A stretch of DNA of 62,475 nt. Source: Myxococcota bacterium. GTDB lineage: Bacteria > Myxococcota_A > Polyangia > Polyangiales > Sandaracinaceae. The first letter of the stretch is position 1; every line of letters begins with the position of its first letter. The translations under genes and the position numbers were made by a program. The notes under the pieces are model-generated. The model saw only the letters and a list, made by a program, of their open reading frames with translations, ran no database searches and was not told the origin of the DNA. Shown one piece after another: positions 27,274 to 37,072 of this stretch. The stretch is taken from the NCBI GenBank assembly GCA_036149055.1, contig JAYZQJ010000183.1, forward strand, positions 1 through 62,475, written 5' to 3'.

Positions 27274-27888
27274 GTGCGTCGTGTCCTCGGCAGCCCGTTC
27301 ACGCCCGATGATCCGGTCCCGGATCTCGGGCCGATCGAGCCCCTGATCCGCGAGATGCCCTCCAGCTACACGGTGAAGGGCATGTTCGTGGCGCCGATCG
27401 CGAACCGGCTGGGCAAGGCGGAGGTCGAGCGGCTGCGCTCGACCTTCGACGCGCCGCTCCGCGACCGCTACCTCGCCTTTCGGGACTACCCGCAGGCCGA
27501 TCACTCCCGGCTGATGGCCCGGCTGGCCGAGCTCGAGTACCCCGGGCACTCCCCGGCCGAGGCCCTGCGCCGCTTCGCTCGCAGCGACATGCAGACCTTC
27601 GCCGGCTCCACGCTGGGGCGTGTGATCATGGCGGTCGTGGGGGACGCGGTGAGCGCGCTGCTGAAGATCCCGACCGTCTACGAGAAGGTCGCGCCGGGCA
27701 CCGTGGTCGTCGGGCGCCAGACCCCGGGCGGCGTCTCGCTCGAGTTCCAGCCGGTCTACGGCGCGTGGGCGTACCAGCTCGGACAGGTCGAGGGCATCGC
27801 CGCCCACTACGGCGCCCGCACCGCGGCGACGGTCTTCGAGGAGCGGACGACCAAGACGGTGCGCTTCGAGGTCGGGCTCGAGGGGTGA
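27274..27888 (+). CDS. DUF2378 / TIGR02265 myxobacterial family protein
   Basis: YTVKGMF, YLAFRDYP, ALRRF...TFAGSTLGR, YQLGQVEG. Confidence 0.7.
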   Translation: MRRVLGSPFTPDDPVPDLGPIEPLIREMPSSYTVKGMFVAPIANRLGKAEVERLRSTFDAPLRDRYLAFRDYPQADHSRLMARLAELEYPGHSPAEALRRFARSDMQTFAGSTLGRVIMAVVGDAVSALLKIPTVYEKVAPGTVVVGRQTPGGVSLEFQPVYGAWAYQLGQVEGIAAHYGARTAATVFEERTTKTVRFEVGLEG

Positions 27889-27918
27889 TCTCGCGGCGCG
27901 GAGGAGTATGCTCGGCGG

Positions 27919-28995
27919 GTGCGCTGGGGTGGGCTGCTCTTCGTTCTGACGTGCGCGTGCAGCGCGCCGCCGACCCAGCTCGTCGTGGTGGTGGACAGCG
28001 ACTTCGCCGTGCCGGAGGAGCTCACCACGGTCGAGGTGGAGGTCTTCGACGCCGCCGGTGAGACGGTGTCGGGGACGACGTTCGCGCTCGCGCCCCGCGG
28101 CGAGGGCCAGCCGGCGCGCTTCCCGCTGCCGCTCTCGTTCGGCGTGGTGCCCCAGGGCGGCGACGCCTCGCGGCGGGTGCGAGTGGTGGTGCGCGGCAAG
28201 ACCGCCACCGACCGGATCATGGTGCAGCGCGCGGCCACCACGGGCTTCCTCGAGGGGCGCAGCCTCGCGCTGCCGATGTTCCTGCTCCGGAGCTGCGCGG
28301 CGGTGATGTGCCCGGACGGGCAGACCTGCACCGAGCGCGGCTGCGCCGACGAGGAGCGCCCCCCCGAGACGCTGCCCCCGGTCCGCCCGGGGGAGGAGCT
28401 CGACGGATCCCTGCCCGACGCCGCCCTCCGTGACGGCGAGGTCGTCGACGCGGGGGACGCGGGAGAGCCGGACGCCGGCCCCCTGGACGCCGGCACCGCG
28501 GACGGCGGCCTGGACGCGGACGGAGGCGCTTGTGCGCCGGTGCTCGAGGTCTGCAACGGGCGGGACGACGACTGCGACGGCGTGGTCGACGAGGACGGCT
28601 GCCCGTGTGCTCGCCATGTGCACGCCGGTCGTTCGTACCTCCTGTGTAGCGACGGCCGCCAGTGGGCGGAGGCCCGCTCGTTCTGCGAAGGCCTCGGCTA
28701 CGACCTCGCCACCCTCACCAGCGGGCCCGAGAGCGACTTCGCCCGCTCCCTCCTCTCGGGGCGCGACATCGTCTGGATCGGGATGTCCGACCTCGAGGTC
28801 GAGGGCACGTGGCGCTGGGTGGACGGGACGCTGCTGTGGAGGGACGGCGCCACGTTCGGCTACCAGGCCTGGGAGGCGGGCTTCCCCGCCGACGGCGGAG
28901 CTGGCGCCGACTGCGGGATCGTGACCGTGGACGGCTGGCGAGACATCCGCTGCAACATCGGCATCCCGTTCCTCTGCGAGTCCCCCAATCCTTGA
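27919..28995 (+). CDS. Lipoprotein with DDDCDG motif and C-terminal C-type lectin domain
   Basis: Lipobox-like TCAC; EVCNGRDDDCDGVVDE; WAEARSFC, VWIGMSD, WRWVDG, WRDIRC, FLCE. Confidence 0.82.
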   Translation: MRWGGLLFVLTCACSAPPTQLVVVVDSDFAVPEELTTVEVEVFDAAGETVSGTTFALAPRGEGQPARFPLPLSFGVVPQGGDASRRVRVVVRGKTATDRIMVQRAATTGFLEGRSLALPMFLLRSCAAVMCPDGQTCTERGCADEERPPETLPPVRPGEELDGSLPDAALRDGEVVDAGDAGEPDAGPLDAGTADGGLDADGGACAPVLEVCNGRDDDCDGVVDEDGCPCARHVHAGRSYLLCSDGRQWAEARSFCEGLGYDLATLTSGPESDFARSLLSGRDIVWIGMSDLEVEGTWRWVDGTLLWRDGATFGYQAWEAGFPADGGAGADCGIVTVDGWRDIRCNIGIPFLCESPNP

Positions 28996-29087
28996 GACGC
29001 CGTCACGCTTCTGATACCAACGTCTCTTCGCTTTCGGAGGGGGGTCGAGGGACAGGCCGCGCTCCGTCAGCCAACGGAGGGATTGGC

Positions 29088-29966
29088 ATGACACGCAAGG
29101 TCGTCGGTGGGCTCATCCAGTGCAGCAACGCGCTGAACGACGAGAACGCCTCGGTGAAGCAGATCGCGGACGCGGCGCTCGAGAAGCACGTGGGGCTCAT
29201 CGAGGAGGCGGCGTCGAAGGGCGTCCAGATCCTCTGCCTCCAGGAGATCTTCAACGGCCCCTACTTCTGCCCGAGCCAGGACCCGAAGTGGTGCGATCAG
29301 GCCGAGGCCATCCCCGACGGGCCGACCACCCAGAAGATGATGGAGCTGGCCAAGAAGCACGAGATGGTCATCGTCGTGCCGATCTACGAGCGCTCCAAGG
29401 TCGCGGGCGTCTACTACAACAGCGCCGCGGTCATCGACGCCGACGGCAGCTTCCTCGGCACCTACCGGAAGAACCACATCCCCCACACCAACGGGTTCTG
29501 GGAGAAGTACTTCTTCAAGCCGGGCAACCTCGGCTACCCGGTGTTCGAAACGCGGTACGCCACCATCGGCGTCTACATCTGCTACGACCGCCACTTCCCC
29601 GAGGGCGCGCGGCTGCTCGGCCTCAACGGCGCCGAGATCGTCTTCAACCCGAGCGCCACCGTCGCCGGGCTCAGCGAATACCTCTGGAAGCTCGAGCAGC
29701 CCGCCCACGCGGTCGCGAACGGCTACTTCCTCGGCGCGATCAACCGCGTCGGCACCGAGCCGCCGTGGAACATCGGCGAGTTCTACGGGCAGAGCTACTT
29801 CGTCGACCCGCGCGGCCAGTTCATCGCCGAGGCCTCGCGCGACCAGGACGAGGTGGTCGTCGCCGAGATGGACCTCGACCTGATCGAGGAGGTCCGCCGC
29901 ACCTGGCAGTTCTACCGGGACCGCCGGCCGGACACCTACGGCGACATGACCGAGCAGCTGCCCTGA
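29088..29966 (+). CDS. Nitrilase-superfamily beta-ureidopropionase (beta-alanine synthase)
   Basis: CLQEIF, YRKNHIP, FWEKYFF, ICYDRHFPE, RDRRPDTY; first gene of the pyrimidine operon. Confidence 0.9.
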   Translation: MTRKVVGGLIQCSNALNDENASVKQIADAALEKHVGLIEEAASKGVQILCLQEIFNGPYFCPSQDPKWCDQAEAIPDGPTTQKMMELAKKHEMVIVVPIYERSKVAGVYYNSAAVIDADGSFLGTYRKNHIPHTNGFWEKYFFKPGNLGYPVFETRYATIGVYICYDRHFPEGARLLGLNGAEIVFNPSATVAGLSEYLWKLEQPAHAVANGYFLGAINRVGTEPPWNIGEFYGQSYFVDPRGQFIAEASRDQDEVVVAEMDLDLIEEVRRTWQFYRDRRPDTYGDMTEQLP

Positions 29967-29976
29967 AGGAGATTCG

Positions 29977-31371
29977 ATGAGCATCCTGATCAAGAACGGC
30001 CGCGTCGTCACCGCCGTCGACGACTACTACGCCGACGTCTTCATCGACGGCGAGAAGGTCGCCCAGATCGGCAAGGACCTCGCCGTGCAGGCGGACGAGG
30101 TCATCGACGCGACCGATCGGCTGGTGCTCCCCGGCGGCATCGACCCGCACACCCACATGGACATGCCCTTCGGCGGCACGACCAGCGCCGACGACTTCGA
30201 GACGGGCACGCTCGCGGCGGCGCACGGCGGCACCACGACCATCGTGGACTTCGCCATCCAGACCAAGGGCGAGTCGACGATCAAGGGCCTCGACACCTGG
30301 CACGCCAAGGCCGAGGGCAAGGCCACGATCGACTACGGCTTCCACATGATCATCACGGATCTGCCCGTCGAGCGGATGCCGGAGATGACCAAGCTGCGCG
30401 ACGAGGGCGTCAGCTCCTACAAGCTCTTCATGGCCTACCCCGGCGTCCTCTACGTGGACGACGGCGTGCTCTACCGCGCCTTCCGGCAGGCCGGCCTCGA
30501 CGGCACCCGCATCTGCATGCACGCCGAGAACGGCATCGTCATCGACGAGATCGTGCGCGAGGCGGTCGAGGACGGGAAGGTCGATCCGAAGTGGCACGCG
30601 CTCACCCGGCCGACCCGCATGGAGGCCGAGGGCGTGCACCGCTCGATCGCGATCGCCGAGGTGGCGAACGTGCCCCTCTACATCGTTCACCTCTCGAGCC
30701 ACGACGCGCTCGAGGAGGTGAAGCGCGGCCGGGCGCGCGGCGTGAACGTCATCGCCGAGACCTGCCCGCAGTACCTGCTGCTCGATCAGAGCATCTACGA
30801 GCAGGAGGGCTTCGAGGGCGCCAAGTGGGTGATGACGCCCGCGCTGCGCGAGAAGTGGAACCAGGACTCCCTCTGGCAGGGCCTGCAGTTCCGCGACCTC
30901 GAGACCATCGCCACCGATCACTGCCCCTTCTGCTTCAAGGACCAGAAGGAGCTCGGGCGCGACAGCTTCACCAAGATCCCGAACGGGGCGCCCGGCGTCG
31001 AGAACCGCATGAGCGTCATCTACGACGCCGGCGTGGTGAAGGGCCGCATCGGGCTCAACCGCTTCGTGGAGCTGACGAGCACCGCCGCCGCCAAGGCGTT
31101 CGGGCTCTTCCCGAAGAAGGGCACCATCGCGGTCGGCTCGGACGCGGACATCGTGATCTTCGATCCGGAGCGCAAGGAGACCATCTCGGTCGACAACGAG
31201 CGCACCCACCACATGAACGTCGACTACTCGGCCTACGAGGGGCGCGAGGTCCAGGGTTGGACCGAGACCGTGCTCAGCCGCGGCCGGGTGGTGATCCGAA
31301 ACGCCAAGCTCGAGACGAAGGGCGGAGGCCAGTTCATCAAGCGCGCCGGGGTCGGCGAGCTCTTGCGCTGA
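29977..31371 (+). CDS. hydA: Dihydropyrimidinase
   Basis: PGGIDPHTH, GGTTTIVDF, KLFMAY, HAENG, YIVHLS, AETCPQY, TDHCPF, IPNG. Confidence 0.95.
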   Translation: MSILIKNGRVVTAVDDYYADVFIDGEKVAQIGKDLAVQADEVIDATDRLVLPGGIDPHTHMDMPFGGTTSADDFETGTLAAAHGGTTTIVDFAIQTKGESTIKGLDTWHAKAEGKATIDYGFHMIITDLPVERMPEMTKLRDEGVSSYKLFMAYPGVLYVDDGVLYRAFRQAGLDGTRICMHAENGIVIDEIVREAVEDGKVDPKWHALTRPTRMEAEGVHRSIAIAEVANVPLYIVHLSSHDALEEVKRGRARGVNVIAETCPQYLLLDQSIYEQEGFEGAKWVMTPALREKWNQDSLWQGLQFRDLETIATDHCPFCFKDQKELGRDSFTKIPNGAPGVENRMSVIYDAGVVKGRIGLNRFVELTSTAAAKAFGLFPKKGTIAVGSDADIVIFDPERKETISVDNERTHHMNVDYSAYEGREVQGWTETVLSRGRVVIRNAKLETKGGGQFIKRAGVGELLR

Positions 31372-31393
31372 ACGAGCGCATCGAAAGCAGCAC

Positions 31394-32731
31394 ATGAACG
31401 ACATCAAGGACACGCAGAAGGTCCGTCCCCCCATGACCAGCGCGCAGGTCCGGCAGAAGCACGCCGATCACCTGTTCCCCGCGGTGGCCAACTTCTACGA
31501 GGAGCCGGCCGTGCTCGTCGAGGGCAAGGGCACGCGCCTGAAGGACCTGGACGGCACCGAGTACCTCGACTTCTTCGGCGGCATCCTCACCGTCTCCCTC
31601 GGTCACTCGAACGAGGAGATCAACGCCGCCGTCATCGCGCAGATCCAGCGGCTCACCCACGTGAGCACGCTCTACCCGACGGTGCCGATCGTCGAGCTCG
31701 CCGAGAACCTCGCCAAGGCGGCGCCCGGCAACCTCGAGAAGTGCTTCTTCACCGCGAGCGGCACCGAGGCCGACGAGACCGCGGTGATGATGGCGCAGGT
31801 CTTCACCGGCAACACGGAGCTGGTCGCGCTCCGGCACGGCTACTCGGGGCGCTCGCTCCTGGCGCAGTCGCTCACCGCGCACCACACCTACCGCGCGGTC
31901 CCGAGCCAGATCGCGGCGATCAAGCACGGCCTCGCGCCCTACTGCTACCGCTGCCCGCTCAAGCTCGAGTACCCGAGCTGCGGCGTCGCGTGCGCCAAGG
32001 ATCTGGACGAGATGATCCAGACGACGACCACCGGCCGCATCGCCGGCATGCTCGTCGAGCCGATCCAGGGCGTGGGCGGCTTCGTCACCCCGCCGAAGGA
32101 GTACTTCCAGATCGCGCAGGAGATCGTCGCCAAGTACGGCGGCGTCTTCATCGCCGACGAGGTGCAGACCGGCTTCGGCCGCACCGGCAAGATGTGGGGC
32201 ATCGAGCAGTACGGCGTCGAGCCCGACATGATGACGATGGCCAAGGGCATCGCGAACGGCTTCCCGCTCGGCGCGATCGTCACCACCGCGCCCATCGCCG
32301 ACAGCCTGAAGAAGGGCTCGATCAGCACCTTCGGCGGCAACCCGGTGAGCTGCACCGCGGCGAACAAGGTCCTCGAGATCATCGAGCGCGACGACCTGAC
32401 GAGCAACGCCGAGCAGATGGGCGGCGTGCTCCGCGCCGGCCTCGAGGCGCTGCAGAAGAAGTACCCGAAGATCATCGGCGACGTGCGCGGCATGGGCCTC
32501 ATGCAGGCGCTCGAGCTGGTGAAGGACGAAGAGGCGGGCGACCGCACGCCGAACCCCGAGGCCACCAAGGCGCTCTTCGAGGAGACCAAGAAGCGCGGCC
32601 TGCTCATCGGGAAGGGCGGCCTCTGGGGCAACACGGTGCGCATCGCCCCGGCCCTCAACATCGGCGAGGACGAGATCCGCGAGGGGCTGAAGCTCCTCGG
32701 CGAGTCCTTCGCCGCGATGGAGAACGCATGA
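31394..32731 (+). CDS. Class III PLP aminotransferase, probable beta-alanine aminotransferase
   Basis: EPIQGVGG, FIADEVQTGFGRTG, TMAKGIANG, TFGGNP; operon context. Confidence 0.88.
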   Translation: MNDIKDTQKVRPPMTSAQVRQKHADHLFPAVANFYEEPAVLVEGKGTRLKDLDGTEYLDFFGGILTVSLGHSNEEINAAVIAQIQRLTHVSTLYPTVPIVELAENLAKAAPGNLEKCFFTASGTEADETAVMMAQVFTGNTELVALRHGYSGRSLLAQSLTAHHTYRAVPSQIAAIKHGLAPYCYRCPLKLEYPSCGVACAKDLDEMIQTTTTGRIAGMLVEPIQGVGGFVTPPKEYFQIAQEIVAKYGGVFIADEVQTGFGRTGKMWGIEQYGVEPDMMTMAKGIANGFPLGAIVTTAPIADSLKKGSISTFGGNPVSCTAANKVLEIIERDDLTSNAEQMGGVLRAGLEALQKKYPKIIGDVRGMGLMQALELVKDEEAGDRTPNPEATKALFEETKKRGLLIGKGGLWGNTVRIAPALNIGEDEIREGLKLLGESFAAMENA

Positions 32732-34047
32732 AGGACCTGCCCGCCGAGAGGCTCGAGAACCAGCTGCCGGACAAGGCGCCGCTCTACTCCCACGGGGAGG
32801 CGGTGACCGAGGCCAACCGCTGCATCTACTGCTCGGACGCTCCGTGCGTGCAGGCGTGCCCGACCGGGATCGACATCCCGACGTTCATCCACAAGATCGC
32901 GACCGACAACGTCAAGGGCGCCGCCCGCACCATCTTCACCGACAACCTGCTCGGCTACAGCTGCGCGCGGGTCTGCCCGGTGGAGGTGCTCTGCGCGGGC
33001 AGCTGCGTCTACAACCACTGGGGCCGCCCGCCGATCGAGATCGGGCGCCTCCAGCGCTACGCGACCGAGAGCGCGCTCGCGAAGGACGCGGAGCTCTTGA
33101 AGCGCACCCGCAAGGCCCCGACCGGCAAGAAGATCGCGTGCATCGGCGGCGGCCCGGCGTCCCTCGCGGCCGCTGGGCACCTCGCGCTCGACGGCCACAC
33201 CGTGCACGTCTTCGAGAAGCGCGACTACGCCGGCGGGCTCAACACCACCGGCGTCGCGCCCTACAAGCTCCACGCCCACGACGCGCTGAAGGAGGTCCGG
33301 ATGATCCTGGCCCTCGGCGACATCACGCTGAAGACCGGCGTGGAGATCGTGGACGGCGAGGCGGGCGACGGGCAGGTCTCGGCCCGGAGCCTGCTCGACG
33401 ACTACGACGCCATCTTCGTCGGCATCGGCCTCGGCCCGGACAACTTCCTCCACGTCGAGGGAGAGGACGGCGCCGGCGTGGTCGGCGCGGTCGAGTACAT
33501 CGAGGAGCTCAAGCTCGACCCCGAGGCCAAGCTCGAGGGCATCGAGCGCGCGCTCGTGATCGGGGGCGGCAACACCGCCATCGACATCGCCCGCGAGCTC
33601 GCGCAGCTCGGCGTGCCCGAGGTCGCGATGGTCTACCGCAAGACCGAGGCGGTGATGAGCGGCTACGCGCACGAGATGGTCGGCGCCCGCAAGGACGGCG
33701 TCCGCCTCGTCGAGAACCGGCAGCCGGTCGCGGTGGTCCGCGAGGGCGGCCGGGTCACCGGCCTGAAGGTCCGCGCGACCGACGACAGCGGCGCGGAGGA
33801 GACCCTGCGCTGCGACCTGGTCGCGCTCGCCATCGGGCAGAGCCGGCTCACCCAGCTCGCCGCCGCGTTCGGCGAGGTGGAGCTCGACGGCAAGGGCCGG
33901 GTCCGCGTCGACCCGGAGACGAACCGGACCGGAAACCCGAAGGTCTACGCGGGCGGCGACTGCGTGAACGGCGGCAAGGAGGTCGTCAACGCCGCCCAGC
34001 ACGGCAAGCTCGCCGCGCGGGCCATCACCGCATCCCTGGGAGCCTGA
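32728..34047 (+). CDS. preT: NAD-dependent dihydropyrimidine dehydrogenase, GltD-like subunit
   Basis: EANRCIYCSDAPCVQACPT, CARVCPVEVLC, IGGGPAS, IGGGNTAID, AGGDC. Confidence 0.9.
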   Translation: MKDLPAERLENQLPDKAPLYSHGEAVTEANRCIYCSDAPCVQACPTGIDIPTFIHKIATDNVKGAARTIFTDNLLGYSCARVCPVEVLCAGSCVYNHWGRPPIEIGRLQRYATESALAKDAELLKRTRKAPTGKKIACIGGGPASLAAAGHLALDGHTVHVFEKRDYAGGLNTTGVAPYKLHAHDALKEVRMILALGDITLKTGVEIVDGEAGDGQVSARSLLDDYDAIFVGIGLGPDNFLHVEGEDGAGVVGAVEYIEELKLDPEAKLEGIERALVIGGGNTAIDIARELAQLGVPEVAMVYRKTEAVMSGYAHEMVGARKDGVRLVENRQPVAVVREGGRVTGLKVRATDDSGAEETLRCDLVALAIGQSRLTQLAAAFGEVELDGKGRVRVDPETNRTGNPKVYAGGDCVNGGKEVVNAAQHGKLAARAITASLGA

Positions 34048-34050
34048 AGC

Positions 34051-35439
34051 ATGGCGGACTTGAGCATCGACTTCTGCGGCGTGAAGTCGCCCAACCCCTT
34101 CTGGCTGGCCAGCGCGCCGCCCACCAACACCGGCGATCAGGTCAAGCGCGCGTTCGACGCGGGCTGGGGCGGCGCGGTGTGGAAGACCCTCGGCAACCCG
34201 ATCGTGAACGTGTCGAGCCGCTTCGGCGGCGTCGACTACGGCTCGACGCGGCTGATGGGCCTCAACAACATCGAGCTGATCACCGACCGGCCTCTCGAGG
34301 TGAACCTCAGAGAGATGCTGGACGTGAAGAAGCAGTACCCCGACAACCTGCTGATCGCGTCGCTGATGGTCGACACCCGCGAGGAGTGGCACGAGATCAT
34401 CCAGAAGGTGGAGGACGTCGGCTCGGATCTCATCGAGCTGAACTTCGGCTGCCCCCACGGGATGTGCGAGCGCGGCATGGGCTCGGCGGTCGGCGCGGAG
34501 CCCGAGGTCCTCAAGACCATCGTCGGCTGGGTGATGGAGAAGGCCAACATCCCGGTCATCGTGAAGCTGACGCCGAACGTCGGCGACATCGGCGAGCCGG
34601 CGCGCGCGGCCTACGAGGCGGGCGCCGACGCGGTGAGCCTGATCAACACCGTCAAGTCGATCGTCGGCGTGGATCTCGACCGCATGGTCCCGCTGCCCGT
34701 CGTCGGCAACGGCTCGAGCAACGGCGGCTACTGCGGCCCGGCCGTGAAGCCCATCGCGCTGCACCTCCTGGGGCAGACGGCGAAGGTCTTCCCGAAGCCG
34801 ATCAGCGGCATCGGCGGGATCAGCAACTGGCGCGACGCGGCGGAGTTCATGGCCCTCGGCTCGACCAGCGTGCAGGTCTGCACCGCGGTGATGCACTACG
34901 GCTACCGCATCGTCGAGGACATGATCGAAGGCCTCAGCGACTTCCTCGACGAGAAGGGCATGAGCTCGGCGATGGAGCTCGTGGGCCAGGCCGTCCCTCA
35001 GTACAAGGACTGGGGCGACCTCGACATGAACTACCACGTCGTCGCGAGCATCGACGAGGACAAGTGCATCGGCTGCCAGCTCTGCTTCGTGGCGTGCATG
35101 GATGGGAGCCACCAGTGCATCCACATCCCCGGCATGTCGCACGAGGAGAAGGTCGCGGCGGGGCACGTCGCGTTCCCGAGCGAGGTGCCCGACCGACCGG
35201 TGACCGCCAAGGGCGGGACGCCCGGCGCCCGCGTCCCCTTCGTGCACGAGGAGGAGTGCGTCGGCTGTAACCTCTGCGCCCTCGTCTGCCCGGTGGAGGG
35301 CTGCATCTCGATGGTCGAGAAGCGCAAGGCCCCCGAGCCGATCACCTGGAACGACCGGGTGCGCGCCGGCACCGATCTCGTGCCCGGCGGGCTCGACGCC
35401 ACCCGCAAGGCGCGCGGCGCGGACTCCCCGGCGGAGTAG
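34051..35439 (+). CDS. preA: NAD-dependent dihydropyrimidine dehydrogenase, FMN/Fe-S subunit
   Basis: NPFWLASAPPT, GLNNIELITDR, ELNFGCPHGM, two CxxCxxC ferredoxin motifs. Confidence 0.95.
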   Translation: MADLSIDFCGVKSPNPFWLASAPPTNTGDQVKRAFDAGWGGAVWKTLGNPIVNVSSRFGGVDYGSTRLMGLNNIELITDRPLEVNLREMLDVKKQYPDNLLIASLMVDTREEWHEIIQKVEDVGSDLIELNFGCPHGMCERGMGSAVGAEPEVLKTIVGWVMEKANIPVIVKLTPNVGDIGEPARAAYEAGADAVSLINTVKSIVGVDLDRMVPLPVVGNGSSNGGYCGPAVKPIALHLLGQTAKVFPKPISGIGGISNWRDAAEFMALGSTSVQVCTAVMHYGYRIVEDMIEGLSDFLDEKGMSSAMELVGQAVPQYKDWGDLDMNYHVVASIDEDKCIGCQLCFVACMDGSHQCIHIPGMSHEEKVAAGHVAFPSEVPDRPVTAKGGTPGARVPFVHEEECVGCNLCALVCPVEGCISMVEKRKAPEPITWNDRVRAGTDLVPGGLDATRKARGADSPAE

Positions 35440-35444
35440 CGCGC

Positions 35445-36947
35445 GTGGCCGGCAGCACCGTCCCCGCCGAGCCCATCGAGGGCTCCGACCCCAGCCTCTT
35501 CAACGACGACCTCGCCCCCACCCCGGTGGCGGGCAAGACGTGGAAGTGGAACAACATCGCCGCCCTCTGGGTGGGGATGGTGGTCTGCGTGCCCACCTAC
35601 ATGCTCGCGGCCGGCATGGTCTCGGAGGGCATGAGCTGGTGGCAGGCGGTGCTCACGGTGCTGCTCGGCAACGTGATCGTGCTGCTCCCGATGATGCTGG
35701 TCGGCCACGCCGGCACCAAGCACGGGATCCCGTTCCCGGTGCTGCTCCGCTCGAGCTTCGGCACCGTCGGCGCCAACATCCCGGCCATCCTCCGCGGTCT
35801 GGTGGCCTGCGGGTGGTTCGGCATCCAGACCTGGGTCGGCGGCCAGGCCATCTACACGATGATCAACGCCCTGACCGCGGACGGGATCGTCGGCGAGGCG
35901 CTCCCGGTGCTCGGCATCGACCCGGGGCAGGCCGGCTGCTTCGTCTTCTTCTGGGCCCTGCACGTCGTCTTCATCAAGTTCGGCACCGAGTCGATCCGCT
36001 GGCTCGAGACGCTCGCCGCGCCCTTCCTCATCCTGATGGGGGTGGCGCTGCTCGTCTGGGCCTACGTGCAGGCGGGCGGCTTCGGCGAGATGCTCTCCAC
36101 GCCGTCGCAGTTCGACCCGGGCGGGCCGCGGGAGGGGCAGTTCTGGAGCGTCTTCTTCCCGAGCCTCACCGCGATGGTCGGCTTCTGGGCGACGCTGTCG
36201 CTGAACATCCCGGACTTCACCCGCTTCTGTAAGACGCAGAAGGACCAGGTGGTCGGTCAGGCGGTCGGCCTGCCGCCGACGATGGCGCTCTTCGCGTTCA
36301 TCGGCGTGGCGGTCACGAGCGCGACGGTGGTCATCTTCGGCGAGGCGATCTGGGATCCGGTCCAGCTCCTCGGCCGCATGGGCGGCTTCGCGGTGATCGT
36401 CGCGCTCTTCGCGCTCGTGGTGGCGACCCTGACCACCAACCTCGCGGCGAACGTGGTCGCGCCGGCCAACGGGTTCTCGAACATCGCGCCCGAGAAGATC
36501 AGCTTCAAGATGGGCGGCTACATCACCGCGGGCCTCGGCCTGGCGATGTTCCCCTGGAAGCTCCTCGAGAGCACCGAGGGCTACATCTTCACCTGGCTCA
36601 TCGGCTACTCGGCGCTGCTCGGCCCCATCGCCGGCATCCTGGTCAGCGACTACTTCGTGGTGCGCAAGACCGAGCTGGACGTGGACGACCTCTTCCGGAA
36701 GAAGGGCAAGTTCTCCTTCGACGGCGGCTGGAACTGGCGCGCCCTCGTCGCCCTGGCGCTCGGCGTGATCCCGAACGTGCCCGGCTTCCTCGCCGCCGCC
36801 GGCGCGCTCGACGACGTCGGCGACGCCTGGAAGACCGTCTACACCTACGCCTGGTTCGTCGGCTTCTTCGTCAGCGGCGGCCTCTACGCCGCCTTCATGA
36901 AGCTGGCCCCGCCGCGCACCGCCGCCGCTCCCGCCGTCGCCTCCTGA
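35445..36947 (+). CDS. NCS1-family nucleobase:cation symporter
   Basis: WFGIQTWVGG, WATLSLNIPDFTRF, TTNLAANVVAPAN, YAWFVGF. Confidence 0.93.
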   Translation: MAGSTVPAEPIEGSDPSLFNDDLAPTPVAGKTWKWNNIAALWVGMVVCVPTYMLAAGMVSEGMSWWQAVLTVLLGNVIVLLPMMLVGHAGTKHGIPFPVLLRSSFGTVGANIPAILRGLVACGWFGIQTWVGGQAIYTMINALTADGIVGEALPVLGIDPGQAGCFVFFWALHVVFIKFGTESIRWLETLAAPFLILMGVALLVWAYVQAGGFGEMLSTPSQFDPGGPREGQFWSVFFPSLTAMVGFWATLSLNIPDFTRFCKTQKDQVVGQAVGLPPTMALFAFIGVAVTSATVVIFGEAIWDPVQLLGRMGGFAVIVALFALVVATLTTNLAANVVAPANGFSNIAPEKISFKMGGYITAGLGLAMFPWKLLESTEGYIFTWLIGYSALLGPIAGILVSDYFVVRKTELDVDDLFRKKGKFSFDGGWNWRALVALALGVIPNVPGFLAAAGALDDVGDAWKTVYTYAWFVGFFVSGGLYAAFMKLAPPRTAAAPAVAS

Positions 36948-37072
36948 GATCGCCGACTACGCGCGCTGGAGCGGGACGAGCTTGGCGATGACCTTGCCCC
37001 GCGCGCGATCGCGACCTCGGGGGCTGGTCAGGTGGTCTGGTCAACCACGGCCCGTGGTGGTACGCCGCGGCC

